A stretch of DNA of 64,000 nucleotides, from NCBI GenBank assembly GCA_001779195.1, contig MFJL01000014.1, positions 9,522 to 73,521 of the forward strand. Reading direction: 5' to 3'. Shown piece by piece: positions 37,515 to 47,286 of this stretch (positions within the stretch are counted from its first letter, which is position 1; the number at the start of each line of letters is the position of its first letter). Source of the DNA: Candidatus Gottesmanbacteria bacterium RIFCSPHIGHO2_02_FULL_39_11 (GTDB taxonomy: Bacteria; Patescibacteriota; Microgenomatia; 2-02-FULL-39-11). The notes beneath the pieces are model-generated. The model saw only the letters and a list, made by a program, of their open reading frames with translations, was not told where the DNA came from and made no database searches. The position numbers were made by a program, and so were the translations under genes.

Positions 37515-38108
37515 TTATTGAAATAATCTAGCTCTTCCTAATTTATAATTTAGATCTGTTCTTTTTCTCTTTCCGATTTCTTTTGCAGGCACTCCTGCCA
37601 CAACCGTGCATGGTTCTACATTTTTAGTAACTACTGCTCCGGCTCCTACTATTGCCCCTTTTCCGATTTTAACTCCAGGCAGGATAATAACTCGGGGCCC
37701 TATAAATACATAATCTTCAATAGTTACTTCCCCGTATTCAGCAGAAAAATCAATACTGTCTATATCATGCTGCGAGTTATAAACCATAACCTCGGACGCG
37801 ATTGCCACATGATTTCCGATGGTAAGCCCGGCACGTCCGTCTAAAAATACCCTATTCCCAATAATCGTATCCTCGCCTATTTTTATATTACTCGGTTCGT
37901 AGAAATTAGCTCCCACATGGATACGGGAACCGTGTCCAAGTCTAATACCTGCTGCTTTATAAAAAAGAAGACGGATGCTGTGAACGGGAACATGTCCGAC
38001 AAAACGGAGAATCATCAGTTCAAAATCAAGGAGAATGCTGAAAAAACGATTTTGAATTTTTTTAAGAATTTCCGAATTACTCAGTACTCTTCCGTTTTTA
38101 TCTTTCAT
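37515..38108 (-). CDS. Hexapeptide-repeat sugar O-acetyltransferase
   Basis: Left-handed beta-helix repeats, VTIEDYVFIG, GAGAVVTK and GVPAK. Confidence 0.92.
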   Translation of the reverse strand: MKDKNGRVLSNSEILKKIQNRFFSILLDFELMILRFVGHVPVHSIRLLFYKAAGIRLGHGSRIHVGANFYEPSNIKIGEDTIIGNRVFLDGRAGLTIGNHVAIASEVMVYNSQHDIDSIDFSAEYGEVTIEDYVFIGPRVIILPGVKIGKGAIVGAGAVVTKNVEPCTVVAGVPAKEIGKRKRTDLNYKLGRARLFQ

Positions 38109-38127
38109 ACAATCAAAAGTATACCTC

Positions 38128-39288
38128 TTATTTGGGTTGCGTTGCTACTTCAATTAGAGTTTTAAAAGTTTGTTCACCTCCCAAGTCCCAACTAAACTTT
38201 TTAATCTGCTCAAATCCTTTTTGAATTAGATTTTTCCGATATAGAGCATCGGTTAAGACTTTTTTTATCCCTTCTTCAATACTTGTGCTGTCTGTGGGAT
38301 CGATAAAACAGGCCGCATCTCCTGCGATCTCGGGAAGGCTGCTTACATTACTTAGAACTGCCGGACACCCACATGCTAATGATTCAATTACCGGTATTCC
38401 AAATCCTTCGTACAGACTGGGGAGAATAAAGCAGGAAGCTAAATTATATAGAAGTGATAAATCTTCATCTTCTGCAAAATCCGTAAATATCACCTTTTTC
38501 TCTTCCATGAGATATTTCTTATGGGTCAAAATACCTTCATACATCCATCCTTTTTTTCCGACCAGAAGAAGCTGAAAATTATCAAACTGCCCGGAATTAA
38601 TAATTCTCTCAAAAGCATCCAGAAGCTTTACAATATTTTTTCTGGGCTGAATAGTGCCGACAAAAAGAATAAAGTTCTCACCGACACAGAACTTCTTTTT
38701 AACAGCTTCTTTTTCTTTTTTTAAAACTTCTCTTTTCTTATACAGATTATCATCAAACCCGGGGTAAGTAACTACAATACTGTCCGGGTTTACCTGATAA
38801 TATTTTATAATTTCTTCTTTGCTGAACTGACTGATAGTAAATATTTTCGATGCGTTTTTGACGGAATACGAAGTCCAGTTCTCAAGCTGATAGAGATCTT
38901 TTTTATTAAACAGTTCCGGAAAATGAAAAAAGGAGAGATCCATGATGGAAATCACACTCGGCTCACGCAGGAAACGGGGAGCATAATGGGAAGGTGAAAA
39001 AAAAATGTTTGAGGATCTAAAAAGAGTCAGATGAAACGGAAGAGCAAATTGAGTCCACATTTTAGAAGGACCAAAAACTTTATATTTCCACCAAGGAGCA
39101 GAAGTTGGTAAGTCAGAGAGGGGTTTGTCTTTCAAATAAATCTCAAAACTTACGTCTCTATATGAAGTATTTTTTTCTTTTTTTCTTAACGCATACAGGG
39201 AAGTTATGGTATGAAAAGCATATTGACCTATACCCACTCTTTTTTTAGTATTGGCTTCATTTCCGTCAATTCCTATTTTAATCGTCAT
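38128..39288 (-). CDS. GT4 glycosyltransferase (MtfB-like)
   Basis: Motifs IGIDG, GIGQY, GTIQPRKN and PSLYEGFGIPVIE. Start moved to the ATG at 39288, which forms an ATGA overlap with the upstream stop. Confidence 0.92.
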   Translation of the reverse strand: MTIKIGIDGNEANTKKRVGIGQYAFHTITSLYALRKKEKNTSYRDVSFEIYLKDKPLSDLPTSAPWWKYKVFGPSKMWTQFALPFHLTLFRSSNIFFSPSHYAPRFLREPSVISIMDLSFFHFPELFNKKDLYQLENWTSYSVKNASKIFTISQFSKEEIIKYYQVNPDSIVVTYPGFDDNLYKKREVLKKEKEAVKKKFCVGENFILFVGTIQPRKNIVKLLDAFERIINSGQFDNFQLLLVGKKGWMYEGILTHKKYLMEEKKVIFTDFAEDEDLSLLYNLASCFILPSLYEGFGIPVIESLACGCPAVLSNVSSLPEIAGDAACFIDPTDSTSIEEGIKKVLTDALYRKNLIQKGFEQIKKFSWDLGGEQTFKTLIEVATQPK

Positions 39289-40400
39289 AGTATGCTTTGG
39301 TAAACTTTTAACGTTTCCTCTGCTGTTTTTTCCCATGTAAATTTTTTAACATGATTTTTTCCTTTTTCAATTAAATTATCCCGCATTTTTTTATCTTCCA
39401 GAACTTCGCTTATGACTTTTTCCAGCTTTTCTTCACTGGTTGGATCAATAAGAATTGCCGCCGCACCACTTACTTCCTTCATGCTTCCTATATTTGACGT
39501 AACAACCGGACACCCGGCACTCATCGCCTCAAGTATAGGTAGCCCAAATCCTTCATACAAAGAAGGGTAAACAAAAAGACTCGCTCCTTTATATATAGCG
39601 GGCATATCCGGTGCGGGTATAAATCCTGTATAGCAAATTTTTTCATTTCTTTCCGCCGCATCCATCCATCCCGGTTTTCCAACAATTACCAGATTATATT
39701 GGTTTATTTTGTTTTGTTTTTTTAAATTTAAAAATGCAGTTATAAGCAAATTAAGATTTTTACGCGGTTCAATGGTTCCTACTGCTAATATGTATTTATT
39801 GGGCAACTCATATTTTACCAGAGTCTTTTTGCTATCTTCGTCGGTAGCCTCACTAAACAGTGAATTAACTCCTGAATAAATAACTGAAATTTTTTTCGGA
39901 TCAATTCGGAATGCTTTGACTAAATCACTTTCTGTAGTTTTGGAGACGCTTATAATTTTATCGCATTCACTTGCAACATGCAGAAGCCTCCGGCTGTGAG
40001 TTTTTATGATATATGCTTGGGAAACTTCGGGAAATTTAAAAGGAACTAAGTCATGAACGGTCGTCACTTTTTTTGCGCTGGCGGGAAATTGTATCCAGTC
40101 TGAAGAATGGTAGACATCATACGTCCCGATAAAAGTTTCAATCTTCGGAAAATGGATGTAGTTTCCTAAAATGTTTGCAAATTTTTCAGGGAGGGAAATT
40201 ACTTTACTCTCAAAGTTTGAAGAAAACTCCGCCAATTCATGTATGAAATTGGAAATTTTTCGGTCTTCTTTTGTAAAAGCAAAAAGCAGGTAATGATTTT
40301 TTTTATCAATTAAAAGAAGGTGACGCACCAGTTCTTTTGTGTATACGGAAACTCCGGTTCCTTCGTATACAATTTGAGAGATATCAATTGCTATTGTCAT
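39285..40400 (-). CDS. GT4 glycosyltransferase (MtfB-like)
   Basis: Motifs IAID, TGVSVY, TVHDL, GTIEPRKN and PSLYEGFGLPILEAM. Confidence 0.93.
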   Translation of the reverse strand: MTIAIDISQIVYEGTGVSVYTKELVRHLLLIDKKNHYLLFAFTKEDRKISNFIHELAEFSSNFESKVISLPEKFANILGNYIHFPKIETFIGTYDVYHSSDWIQFPASAKKVTTVHDLVPFKFPEVSQAYIIKTHSRRLLHVASECDKIISVSKTTESDLVKAFRIDPKKISVIYSGVNSLFSEATDEDSKKTLVKYELPNKYILAVGTIEPRKNLNLLITAFLNLKKQNKINQYNLVIVGKPGWMDAAERNEKICYTGFIPAPDMPAIYKGASLFVYPSLYEGFGLPILEAMSAGCPVVTSNIGSMKEVSGAAAILIDPTSEEKLEKVISEVLEDKKMRDNLIEKGKNHVKKFTWEKTAEETLKVYQSIL

Positions 40401-41140
40401 GGTAGTATTGATACTTGAAAAATTTTCCTGTAGACCGGCTCTTCATTTCTTCTTCTTAAAAAAGGGATAAGGAAGAGCATCACTTTCCGATAAAATATAG
40501 CCTTCAGAGGATTTTTAGACATCCACCCTTGCATCAAAACCTCTCGGATCTTAAGACTCTCATTTCCGATTATATTGATTTCTACTTTTTTGTGTGTCAC
40601 AAGGGAAGCATTTTTTATTTCCTTTAGAATTTCCTCAAGAGAGGGTAGCCCGAGTCCGATCTGCTCTTGTAAAAAATGATAATGCTTATGATGAATTCTT
40701 TCATATTCATAATCTAACCTCTCATCCTGCTCCTGGGCCTTTTTACCTGCAGGAACACCGATAAAAAACATCTTTTTGGCAACTCGCATCATTTCTTCAA
40801 CTGCTTTTGACCGGTTACCGGTACTTATATGCTCAAGCGTATCTGTTGAAACAACTACATCATATGAATTATCAGGAAAAGGAATTCCGATTGCAGAACC
40901 TTTTACCTGTTTTAAATTCGGATGATAGGGAGGATAAAATTCTATGTCCAAACCCGTAACCGGACGCCTGATATAAGGGGCGATACCCAACCCTCCGGAT
41001 CCTACATCTAAAATTGAAGGATTTCCCGGAAGTTTTTTTATAGAATCAACGATGGGAAGATACCGTAAAGCGACCTCGGGATGCCAGCGGTAAAATATAA
41101 AGAAGCCCGTTATATAAGCCAGTAAATCAGATTCTATCAT
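40397..41140 (-). CDS. Class I SAM-dependent methyltransferase
   Basis: Motifs ILDVGSG and PFPDNSYDVVVSTDTLEH. Start moved to the ATG at 41140. Confidence 0.88.
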   Translation of the reverse strand: MIESDLLAYITGFFIFYRWHPEVALRYLPIVDSIKKLPGNPSILDVGSGGLGIAPYIRRPVTGLDIEFYPPYHPNLKQVKGSAIGIPFPDNSYDVVVSTDTLEHISTGNRSKAVEEMMRVAKKMFFIGVPAGKKAQEQDERLDYEYERIHHKHYHFLQEQIGLGLPSLEEILKEIKNASLVTHKKVEINIIGNESLKIREVLMQGWMSKNPLKAIFYRKVMLFLIPFLRRRNEEPVYRKIFQVSILP

Positions 41141-42530
41141 AAATATATATAAAGCCCACCCCGGGATAGTTTTTGATACCTGTATTTTCAAACCCTAGTG
41201 ATAAAAGATATTTTCTCGTTTTGCCAGTAGGATCCGTAAGACCGGTCAGGTACTCAAAGAGATATACGCGATCTTTACCTTGGACAAACGGAACCATCCG
41301 AACAAGATCCTGTCCGGTTAAAATAAAATGGGGAGCAATACCGCGTGCTTCTACTTTACCGGTCTGATACCAAAGAAAGGGTGCGAAGGGATCAGGAAAT
41401 ACAAAAAGCGCAAGCTTGTTTGAATTACTATTATCATTTTCAACATATGCTACCGCATCCCTCCAGTTCTCTCTTTGCACGGATGGATCTAAATAATACT
41501 GCAACAGCCCGGAAAGTGCGATTACTACAACCAGAAAGATTCCGATAGATTTTATTTTTTTGGGAAGACACAACAATCCATCTGCTGTTATAAGATAAAA
41601 AAACGGAATCAGAAATAAAAGTCGTTGAGGAGCCAGAATCGGAATAAAAAAGGAAACCAGAAACAAAGAAATAAAAGAAGAAACAAAAAAAATAAAAATA
41701 AAATCAAAATTTTTTTCTCTTATTCTTCTGACAATTCCTAAAGAGAAAAAAATCAGTCCGGGAATTAAAATAAGTCCATATAACAGATGGTCACTGATAC
41801 TTCCTTTTCCGAATGCAAATTTAGCAAACATGAGGGTCACCGCTTTTAAGGGCGCAAAGGAAACGACATCTGTCCATCCTGCAAAAACCCCTCCGGTTCC
41901 GATTTTCAGCTGTTCAATAAATGACGGTATCCACGGAATATAAAAAATAAGACTGCAGATTATACAATATATCCACCGATGCAATAATTTTCTTTCTTTT
42001 AAGAAAATCCACATGCCCTGACCGATAAGAACAAATGGCCAAAAATAAAGAGAGTAGATTAAAAAAACTACGCCTATAAAATAAAATACCCATTTTTTCC
42101 TCAAAAGTAAAAAGCTTGTTAGCAGGGTTAAAAAAACAAACAGCATATACGGTCTTGCTTCCTGCGAGTACCAAATGTGATAGGGGGAAATAGAAAGAAG
42201 AAATGCTGTAAGAATACTTTTATTAATATTTTCTTTTTTAGGTATTAAATATGCGATAAGTAAGATACAGCCCGTCCCAAGAATCACAGATGGTAGCCGT
42301 ATCCAGTTTTCTGTGTGAGAAAATATCATCCCAAAATGCAAAAATATATGGTAGAGGGGCGGGTGAAAATCGGCTGCGAGTTTAAATTGCAAAAATATCG
42401 GCCGTGCAGATTCAATAACCTGTGCCGCCTCATCCAGCCAAAAGGATTGGTTTAAATTGACAAGCCTCAGAATAAAAGCAAGTATAATAACAAACAAAAT
42501 ATAGTATGATTTTTCAATACTTTTTTTCAT
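41127..42530 (-). CDS. GT-C (PMT/ArnT-like) membrane glycosyltransferase
   Basis: Motifs SFWLDEA, DFHPPLY, RLPS, YSQEARPY and RENWR; many TM helices. Confidence 0.88.
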   Translation of the reverse strand: MKKSIEKSYYILFVIILAFILRLVNLNQSFWLDEAAQVIESARPIFLQFKLAADFHPPLYHIFLHFGMIFSHTENWIRLPSVILGTGCILLIAYLIPKKENINKSILTAFLLSISPYHIWYSQEARPYMLFVFLTLLTSFLLLRKKWVFYFIGVVFLIYSLYFWPFVLIGQGMWIFLKERKLLHRWIYCIICSLIFYIPWIPSFIEQLKIGTGGVFAGWTDVVSFAPLKAVTLMFAKFAFGKGSISDHLLYGLILIPGLIFFSLGIVRRIREKNFDFIFIFFVSSFISLFLVSFFIPILAPQRLLFLIPFFYLITADGLLCLPKKIKSIGIFLVVVIALSGLLQYYLDPSVQRENWRDAVAYVENDNSNSNKLALFVFPDPFAPFLWYQTGKVEARGIAPHFILTGQDLVRMVPFVQGKDRVYLFEYLTGLTDPTGKTRKYLLSLGFENTGIKNYPGVGFIYIYDRI

Positions 42531-43372
42531 TTTGATTTACGTTCCCCAAAAAATGACATTGAAATGCTTCTCCTTATTCCAAGAGAATATATATAAGAAA
42601 AAGGAATCATTCCTATCTCTTTATATTGAAACGCTTTAATAAAACTTATAACCGTTTGAACAGCAAGTGAATAACGAAAAATATTAATTATTTTTCTGAT
42701 AAGATTTCCTGAGATAAATTCATTTTTTCCAATCCATCTTGCTTGTCTGTAGATTTCTTTTAAAGAATCCGGGTTATGATGGTAGCAAATTGCTCCTTTT
42801 GCCAGAGTTGCTTTGATTCCTAATTTTCTAGATAATGTCCAGTCATCTGTAAATCCTATGTCTGAAAATCCTCCGACTTTTTCAAATTCTTTTTTTAAAA
42901 TAGCGCGAAATACAGGAGATTTATCAGAATAATCTTGAGGAATTCTTCTTTTATCTTTTATTCCCTGATAATAGTTCCAGCACCGGGCCCATTTGTTTTC
43001 CCAATTTGACACATACTCTTCTTTTGTAAATGTTCCTTTTGTTTTTTTATTTTCAATAGGCTCAACTAACTTTTTGATAAAGTCGCGATCAAATGTCATA
43101 TCCGCATCCACAAACACCAGAATGTCCCCTTTTGCATGAGAAACTCCTAAATTCCTAGCCGGCCCAGGTCCTTTATGTTCTTGTCTATAATAAGACATAT
43201 CGCACAATTTTTGGATTTTGTCCGCCTGCCAGCGGATTGGATTTTGAGCTTCATTACTTCCGTCATCAACCAAAATTATTTCACTATCAGAATAGGATTG
43301 CATAGAAAGTGAATCCAAACAACTGGTAATGGTTTCCTCCTCGTTATACATAGGAATAATAATTGAGACCAT
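42527..43372 (-). CDS. GT2 glycosyltransferase
   Basis: Motifs VSIIIPMYNEE, VDDGS, GPGPARN, FVDAD and FTDDW. Confidence 0.92.
   Translation of the reverse strand: MVSIIIPMYNEEETITSCLDSLSMQSYSDSEIILVDDGSNEAQNPIRWQADKIQKLCDMSYYRQEHKGPGPARNLGVSHAKGDILVFVDADMTFDRDFIKKLVEPIENKKTKGTFTKEEYVSNWENKWARCWNYYQGIKDKRRIPQDYSDKSPVFRAILKKEFEKVGGFSDIGFTDDWTLSRKLGIKATLAKGAICYHHNPDSLKEIYRQARWIGKNEFISGNLIRKIINIFRYSLAVQTVISFIKAFQYKEIGMIPFSYIYSLGIRRSISMSFFGERKSK
43211..43246. repeat. GC-rich mini-hairpin flanked by 10-bp direct repeats inside the GT2 CDS
   Basis: TTGGATTTTG-[TCCGC-CTGCCA-GCGGA]-TTGGATTTTG. Confidence 0.6.
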
Positions 43373-43389
43373 GAATATATTGTATCAAG

Positions 43390-44904
43390 TTATCTCTCTT
43401 CAAACGAATAGTAGCAGTAGTGAGTGTTGTCGTAGTAAGGACTTTTTGAAATATCAGTCTTAAAGTTTCTTTTTAAGAGCATTGCATCTCCCTTTTTATA
43501 TACTACAGAATATCGATTATCTTTTAATATCCAATCGCTTACAAAACGTTTCATTTCTTCATAACTTAACGGAGCATAAGCATTAGGTTGGTCGTGAAAG
43601 TCGAGAATAATATAATCACTATTTAATCCGTATGGTAAGCGATACGCGCTGTTTCTCTCCGTCAGATGAGGAAGAAGATTATTCTGAGCTGCAACTGATA
43701 CACCTGTGGGAACTTGTGATATAACCGCATCGTTATTTCTCATCCACTCTTCCCTCTCATAAAAGTTTCTTTTTAAGAAACTGTGAACGGGAGCTGTGAG
43801 AATAACATCCTGCATAAGAGTTGCCAATATTAAAAAAATTCCGATGAAAATAAAAAATACTTTTTTCTTTTTGTTTGAAATTTTTTTTCCTAACTTTCCC
43901 GAAGCATAAACTGAACTGACAGCAAGAAGCATTGCTCCCGTTGCAGCATTATGATTTATGAGCATCCATTTGGTTATCTGAGGACCTTCGTATAAAAACC
44001 TGAAAGAAAAATCAGCAAGTAATGGAATAAGAATAAAAAGAGGAGAAAAAACGGGAAGTGTAATAAATGTAAAAAAAGAAGTGATTATCGTATGTATTTT
44101 TAAAGGATTCCCTATTAGCCCTTGCAAAACTTTTAGCGGGTCTGTAAATAAAATATGTATTAGTCCCAGAGGACTCGTGGATCCACCCACAGATTTAAAA
44201 TGAGTAAAATGACCATATACACCTTTAATAGAATAAAGAGGCACCAGAACATATACCAAAAGAATAAATACGCAAAATCCTAAAATTCCAGTTACTCCTC
44301 CCCGAATTCTCCATCCTTTTCTGAATAACAGTCCGATTCCAATGGCACTTACCAGTAAGGCCATATCCTCTTTAATGGTAAAAAGTGCAAGAATGCAAAA
44401 CCAGTAAATAAGTCTTTTGTCTTTCTCAATGGCCAAATATAAAAGAGAAATAAAAAAAGGAGCAAAAGTTACCTGATGGAATTCATTTAAAATTGCAAAC
44501 TGAGTACCTATAAAAAAAAGGTATGCAAAAACTATTGCCAGTGACAAAAAAACATGCCGGGTAATTTTTCTAGATAATAAATACAGAGGGAGGGCGGAAA
44601 ACACCATCCAGAAAGACTGAAAAATCAGAATTATCCGAACATTTTCCCAAATGCGATAAAGAGGCGCCAAGAGGTATAAAATAGGCTGAAAATGATCTTC
44701 AAGAAGCCAAATACAGCCGGCTGAACTATATGGGAAAATACCCCGGCTTATTTTCCAGATGGCTTCATCAAAATACCCCAGATCGAGTCCAAATGTCATA
44801 TACCGGTTATGTGTCTGGACTGAAATAAAAGAATAAATAAAAGACATTGTCCCCAAAAAGACAAACAGAATGAAAAACTCACTGATCTGATGTATTCTTT
44901 TCAT
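43390..44904 (-). CDS. DUF2079-like membrane protein (predicted GT-C fold)
   Basis: Motifs DLGYFDEAIW, DHFQPILYLLAPLY, EFH, KED and PHLTER. Confidence 0.8.
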   Translation of the reverse strand: MKRIHQISEFFILFVFLGTMSFIYSFISVQTHNRYMTFGLDLGYFDEAIWKISRGIFPYSSAGCIWLLEDHFQPILYLLAPLYRIWENVRIILIFQSFWMVFSALPLYLLSRKITRHVFLSLAIVFAYLFFIGTQFAILNEFHQVTFAPFFISLLYLAIEKDKRLIYWFCILALFTIKEDMALLVSAIGIGLLFRKGWRIRGGVTGILGFCVFILLVYVLVPLYSIKGVYGHFTHFKSVGGSTSPLGLIHILFTDPLKVLQGLIGNPLKIHTIITSFFTFITLPVFSPLFILIPLLADFSFRFLYEGPQITKWMLINHNAATGAMLLAVSSVYASGKLGKKISNKKKKVFFIFIGIFLILATLMQDVILTAPVHSFLKRNFYEREEWMRNNDAVISQVPTGVSVAAQNNLLPHLTERNSAYRLPYGLNSDYIILDFHDQPNAYAPLSYEEMKRFVSDWILKDNRYSVVYKKGDAMLLKRNFKTDISKSPYYDNTHYCYYSFEER

Positions 44905-44922
44905 ACTTGAAGATTATCACAT

Positions 44923-46485
44923 ATGAAATTAACTACCAAAATAATTTTCGGCTTAATTCTGATACTGGGAATATTCTTAAGAACTTGGAACTTTCAAAGT
45001 TTATTTTATTTTGCAATTGATGAAGAAAAAGCAAGCTTTATAATTTCAGATATTGCAAGCGGGTCCCATTTTCCCAGTGTTGGACATCCTTCATCTGTCG
45101 GATTTAGACTGGGCCCCTTACAGTATTATCTTATCGCTCCTTTCTTTAAACTGTTCGGCACAAGCCCGATTGTCTGGGGATATATAGGAATTGGAGTGTC
45201 TGTATCTTCGATAATTCTTATTTTTAAGTTGGGATCGGCAGTAAATAAAAGAGTAGGTCTTCTATCTCAATTTCTCTATGCAGTTTCATATCTTAACACT
45301 CTGTATGACAGACGCGGATGGCAGCTGACTTTCCATTCAAGTATTTCACTTTTCATTATTCTCTTTTTGTACAAATTAAAACAAACTAAAAAAATACGTT
45401 TTTTGTACCTTCTCACGTTACTTTTGATTTGCTCTACTCAGTTTGAAGTGGCTACATTTATTTTTGTCCCTTTTGTGATCATATCATTCTTTATTTTTCG
45501 CATACCGCTCCCCAAAAAACACGTGATGGTTAATATCATTATTTTTATAATCTCTTTTACTCCCCTTTTGTTTTTTGATCTAAGACATAGTTTCCTAAAT
45601 GCCCGCTACTTAGTCAATTATTTTATTCCGGATGCCCAAATCAGAATCGTAAAAAATAAACCTCTTGAAAATGAGCGCTTGGTATATCTTGCACATAATT
45701 TAATTCCGAATACGTTTACGCGGCTTATAAGCCCTGGAAATGAAAAAAATGTTGCACTACAGTATGCTAACTGCCCCCAATACCTGGTGTATAAACAAGA
45801 AAAAATTAATCCTCTCATTCGTTTTTTGGTAATAGGAATATTTATCGGATTTTTTATTTTCATTATTAGACTTAGAAATAAAAACTTAGAAGAATATCTA
45901 ATACCTAAGTCTATCTTTTTGTATTTCTTCCTTTTATTTGCCGCAACTTCTTTGTATACCTATCTCTTTCACGGAGAAATGGCTGAATATTATATGCAAA
46001 GCGGGTTTGCGTACTTTTTTATAATTACTTCTTATGTTTTAGTAAGAATACTTACGTCACGTTTTAAAATAGTTGCTATCTTATTTTTAGCTTACTTTCT
46101 TTTTTCAAATTCTTCTTCCATTTTTCAAAGTTTTAACCCGTACGGATATACAGATAAACTGAATGCTGAAAAATGGATTATCTCTCAAATCGGGAGCGCA
46201 TCGTTTACTTTAAGCTCTGTCCAAACCTGCTGGTATTCAGGAGGATACCGGTATCTTTTCACCTATCTGGGCAAGGAACCCGCATCAAGCTATATGGATC
46301 AGTATCTTGAAGAATATTATAAACCGCAACAAAAAGAGATACCGAAGTATAAAGTAATTCTTTTAACCCCCGAATTAATAGGTAACAATCCAGATGGATA
46401 TGAAGAATTCAAAAAAAATACTGAAAGAAATTCCGTTTCGTTTAGAAAATTTGGAGCTATTGAAGTATATATTGAGAAGATTTAA
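44923..46485 (+). CDS. GT-C (ArnT-like) membrane glycosyltransferase
   Basis: Motifs FLR, FAIDEE, PSVGHPSS..RLGPLQYY and PLLFFDLRHSFLN; many TM helices. Confidence 0.8.
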   Translation: MKLTTKIIFGLILILGIFLRTWNFQSLFYFAIDEEKASFIISDIASGSHFPSVGHPSSVGFRLGPLQYYLIAPFFKLFGTSPIVWGYIGIGVSVSSIILIFKLGSAVNKRVGLLSQFLYAVSYLNTLYDRRGWQLTFHSSISLFIILFLYKLKQTKKIRFLYLLTLLLICSTQFEVATFIFVPFVIISFFIFRIPLPKKHVMVNIIIFIISFTPLLFFDLRHSFLNARYLVNYFIPDAQIRIVKNKPLENERLVYLAHNLIPNTFTRLISPGNEKNVALQYANCPQYLVYKQEKINPLIRFLVIGIFIGFFIFIIRLRNKNLEEYLIPKSIFLYFFLLFAATSLYTYLFHGEMAEYYMQSGFAYFFIITSYVLVRILTSRFKIVAILFLAYFLFSNSSSIFQSFNPYGYTDKLNAEKWIISQIGSASFTLSSVQTCWYSGGYRYLFTYLGKEPASSYMDQYLEEYYKPQQKEIPKYKVILLTPELIGNNPDGYEEFKKNTERNSVSFRKFGAIEVYIEKI

Positions 46486-47147
46486 TTTTTAACTGCAACT
46501 ACAAAAAATTGTTTTCCCAATAGTTTTTGCAGAACAGGTAATTTCAAATAAAATCTTAAAAGAGGCGGCCAGAGAGGAAGCCATTTAACTTTGGTACTAT
46601 ACGGCAAAAAGGGATACCGATAGTCGCCTATTTTATACCCAATTGTGGTTAAGGCTTCAGTAAGACTTAAAAAAGTAATCGGCACCTTATGATCAAAAAA
46701 ATCCCAATAAGCATTTCCCACAAGTCCTATATCCGGCTGCATAATAAGCAAACGTCCGCCGCTTCTTAATGCCTTAAATGCCTCAGACAAGAGTCGAAAA
46801 ACATCTTCTTTACTGTCTAAATGTTCCAAAAGATTACTCATGAAAAAAACATCAACAGATTTTTCCTTAAACTTGGAATGGAGCTCCTTTACAGGCGCAA
46901 TGATTGCTTTCACATTTGAGAAAGCAACTTTTCTAACATCTGTATTAATATCCAATGCAATTTTTTCTTTTGCGTCAATGTTATTGATAAACTCACATAG
47001 ACCTGCCCCCACGTCTACGACACGATCCGAATTTTTTATATAATTCTGTAAAAATTCTCTGCATAAAATCTTCCATAGTTCACTTTTTCTTATTCTTTCA
47101 TATGAGGTGAATCTGCTGTCGTATAATTTTTTTATATCCAGGGACAT
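46482..47147 (-). CDS. Class I SAM-dependent methyltransferase
   Basis: Motifs VVDVGAG, SNLLEH, LRSGG and YWDFFDH. Start moved to the ATG at 47147, which has GTTAAACT 7 nt upstream. Confidence 0.88.
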   Translation of the reverse strand: MSLDIKKLYDSRFTSYERIRKSELWKILCREFLQNYIKNSDRVVDVGAGLCEFINNIDAKEKIALDINTDVRKVAFSNVKAIIAPVKELHSKFKEKSVDVFFMSNLLEHLDSKEDVFRLLSEAFKALRSGGRLLIMQPDIGLVGNAYWDFFDHKVPITFLSLTEALTTIGYKIGDYRYPFLPYSTKVKWLPLWPPLLRFYLKLPVLQKLLGKQFFVVAVKN

Positions 47148-47286
47148 ATTTGGGAGTTTAACTGAAAAACTGATAATATACAATTGTTTCAGTAGTTTTA
47201 AAATATTAATTAATAGTTTACAACACCTAAATGGTTATCGGAGAAGTTTCGGAAAAGAGTAAGATTATATATATTTACTGTAAAAA

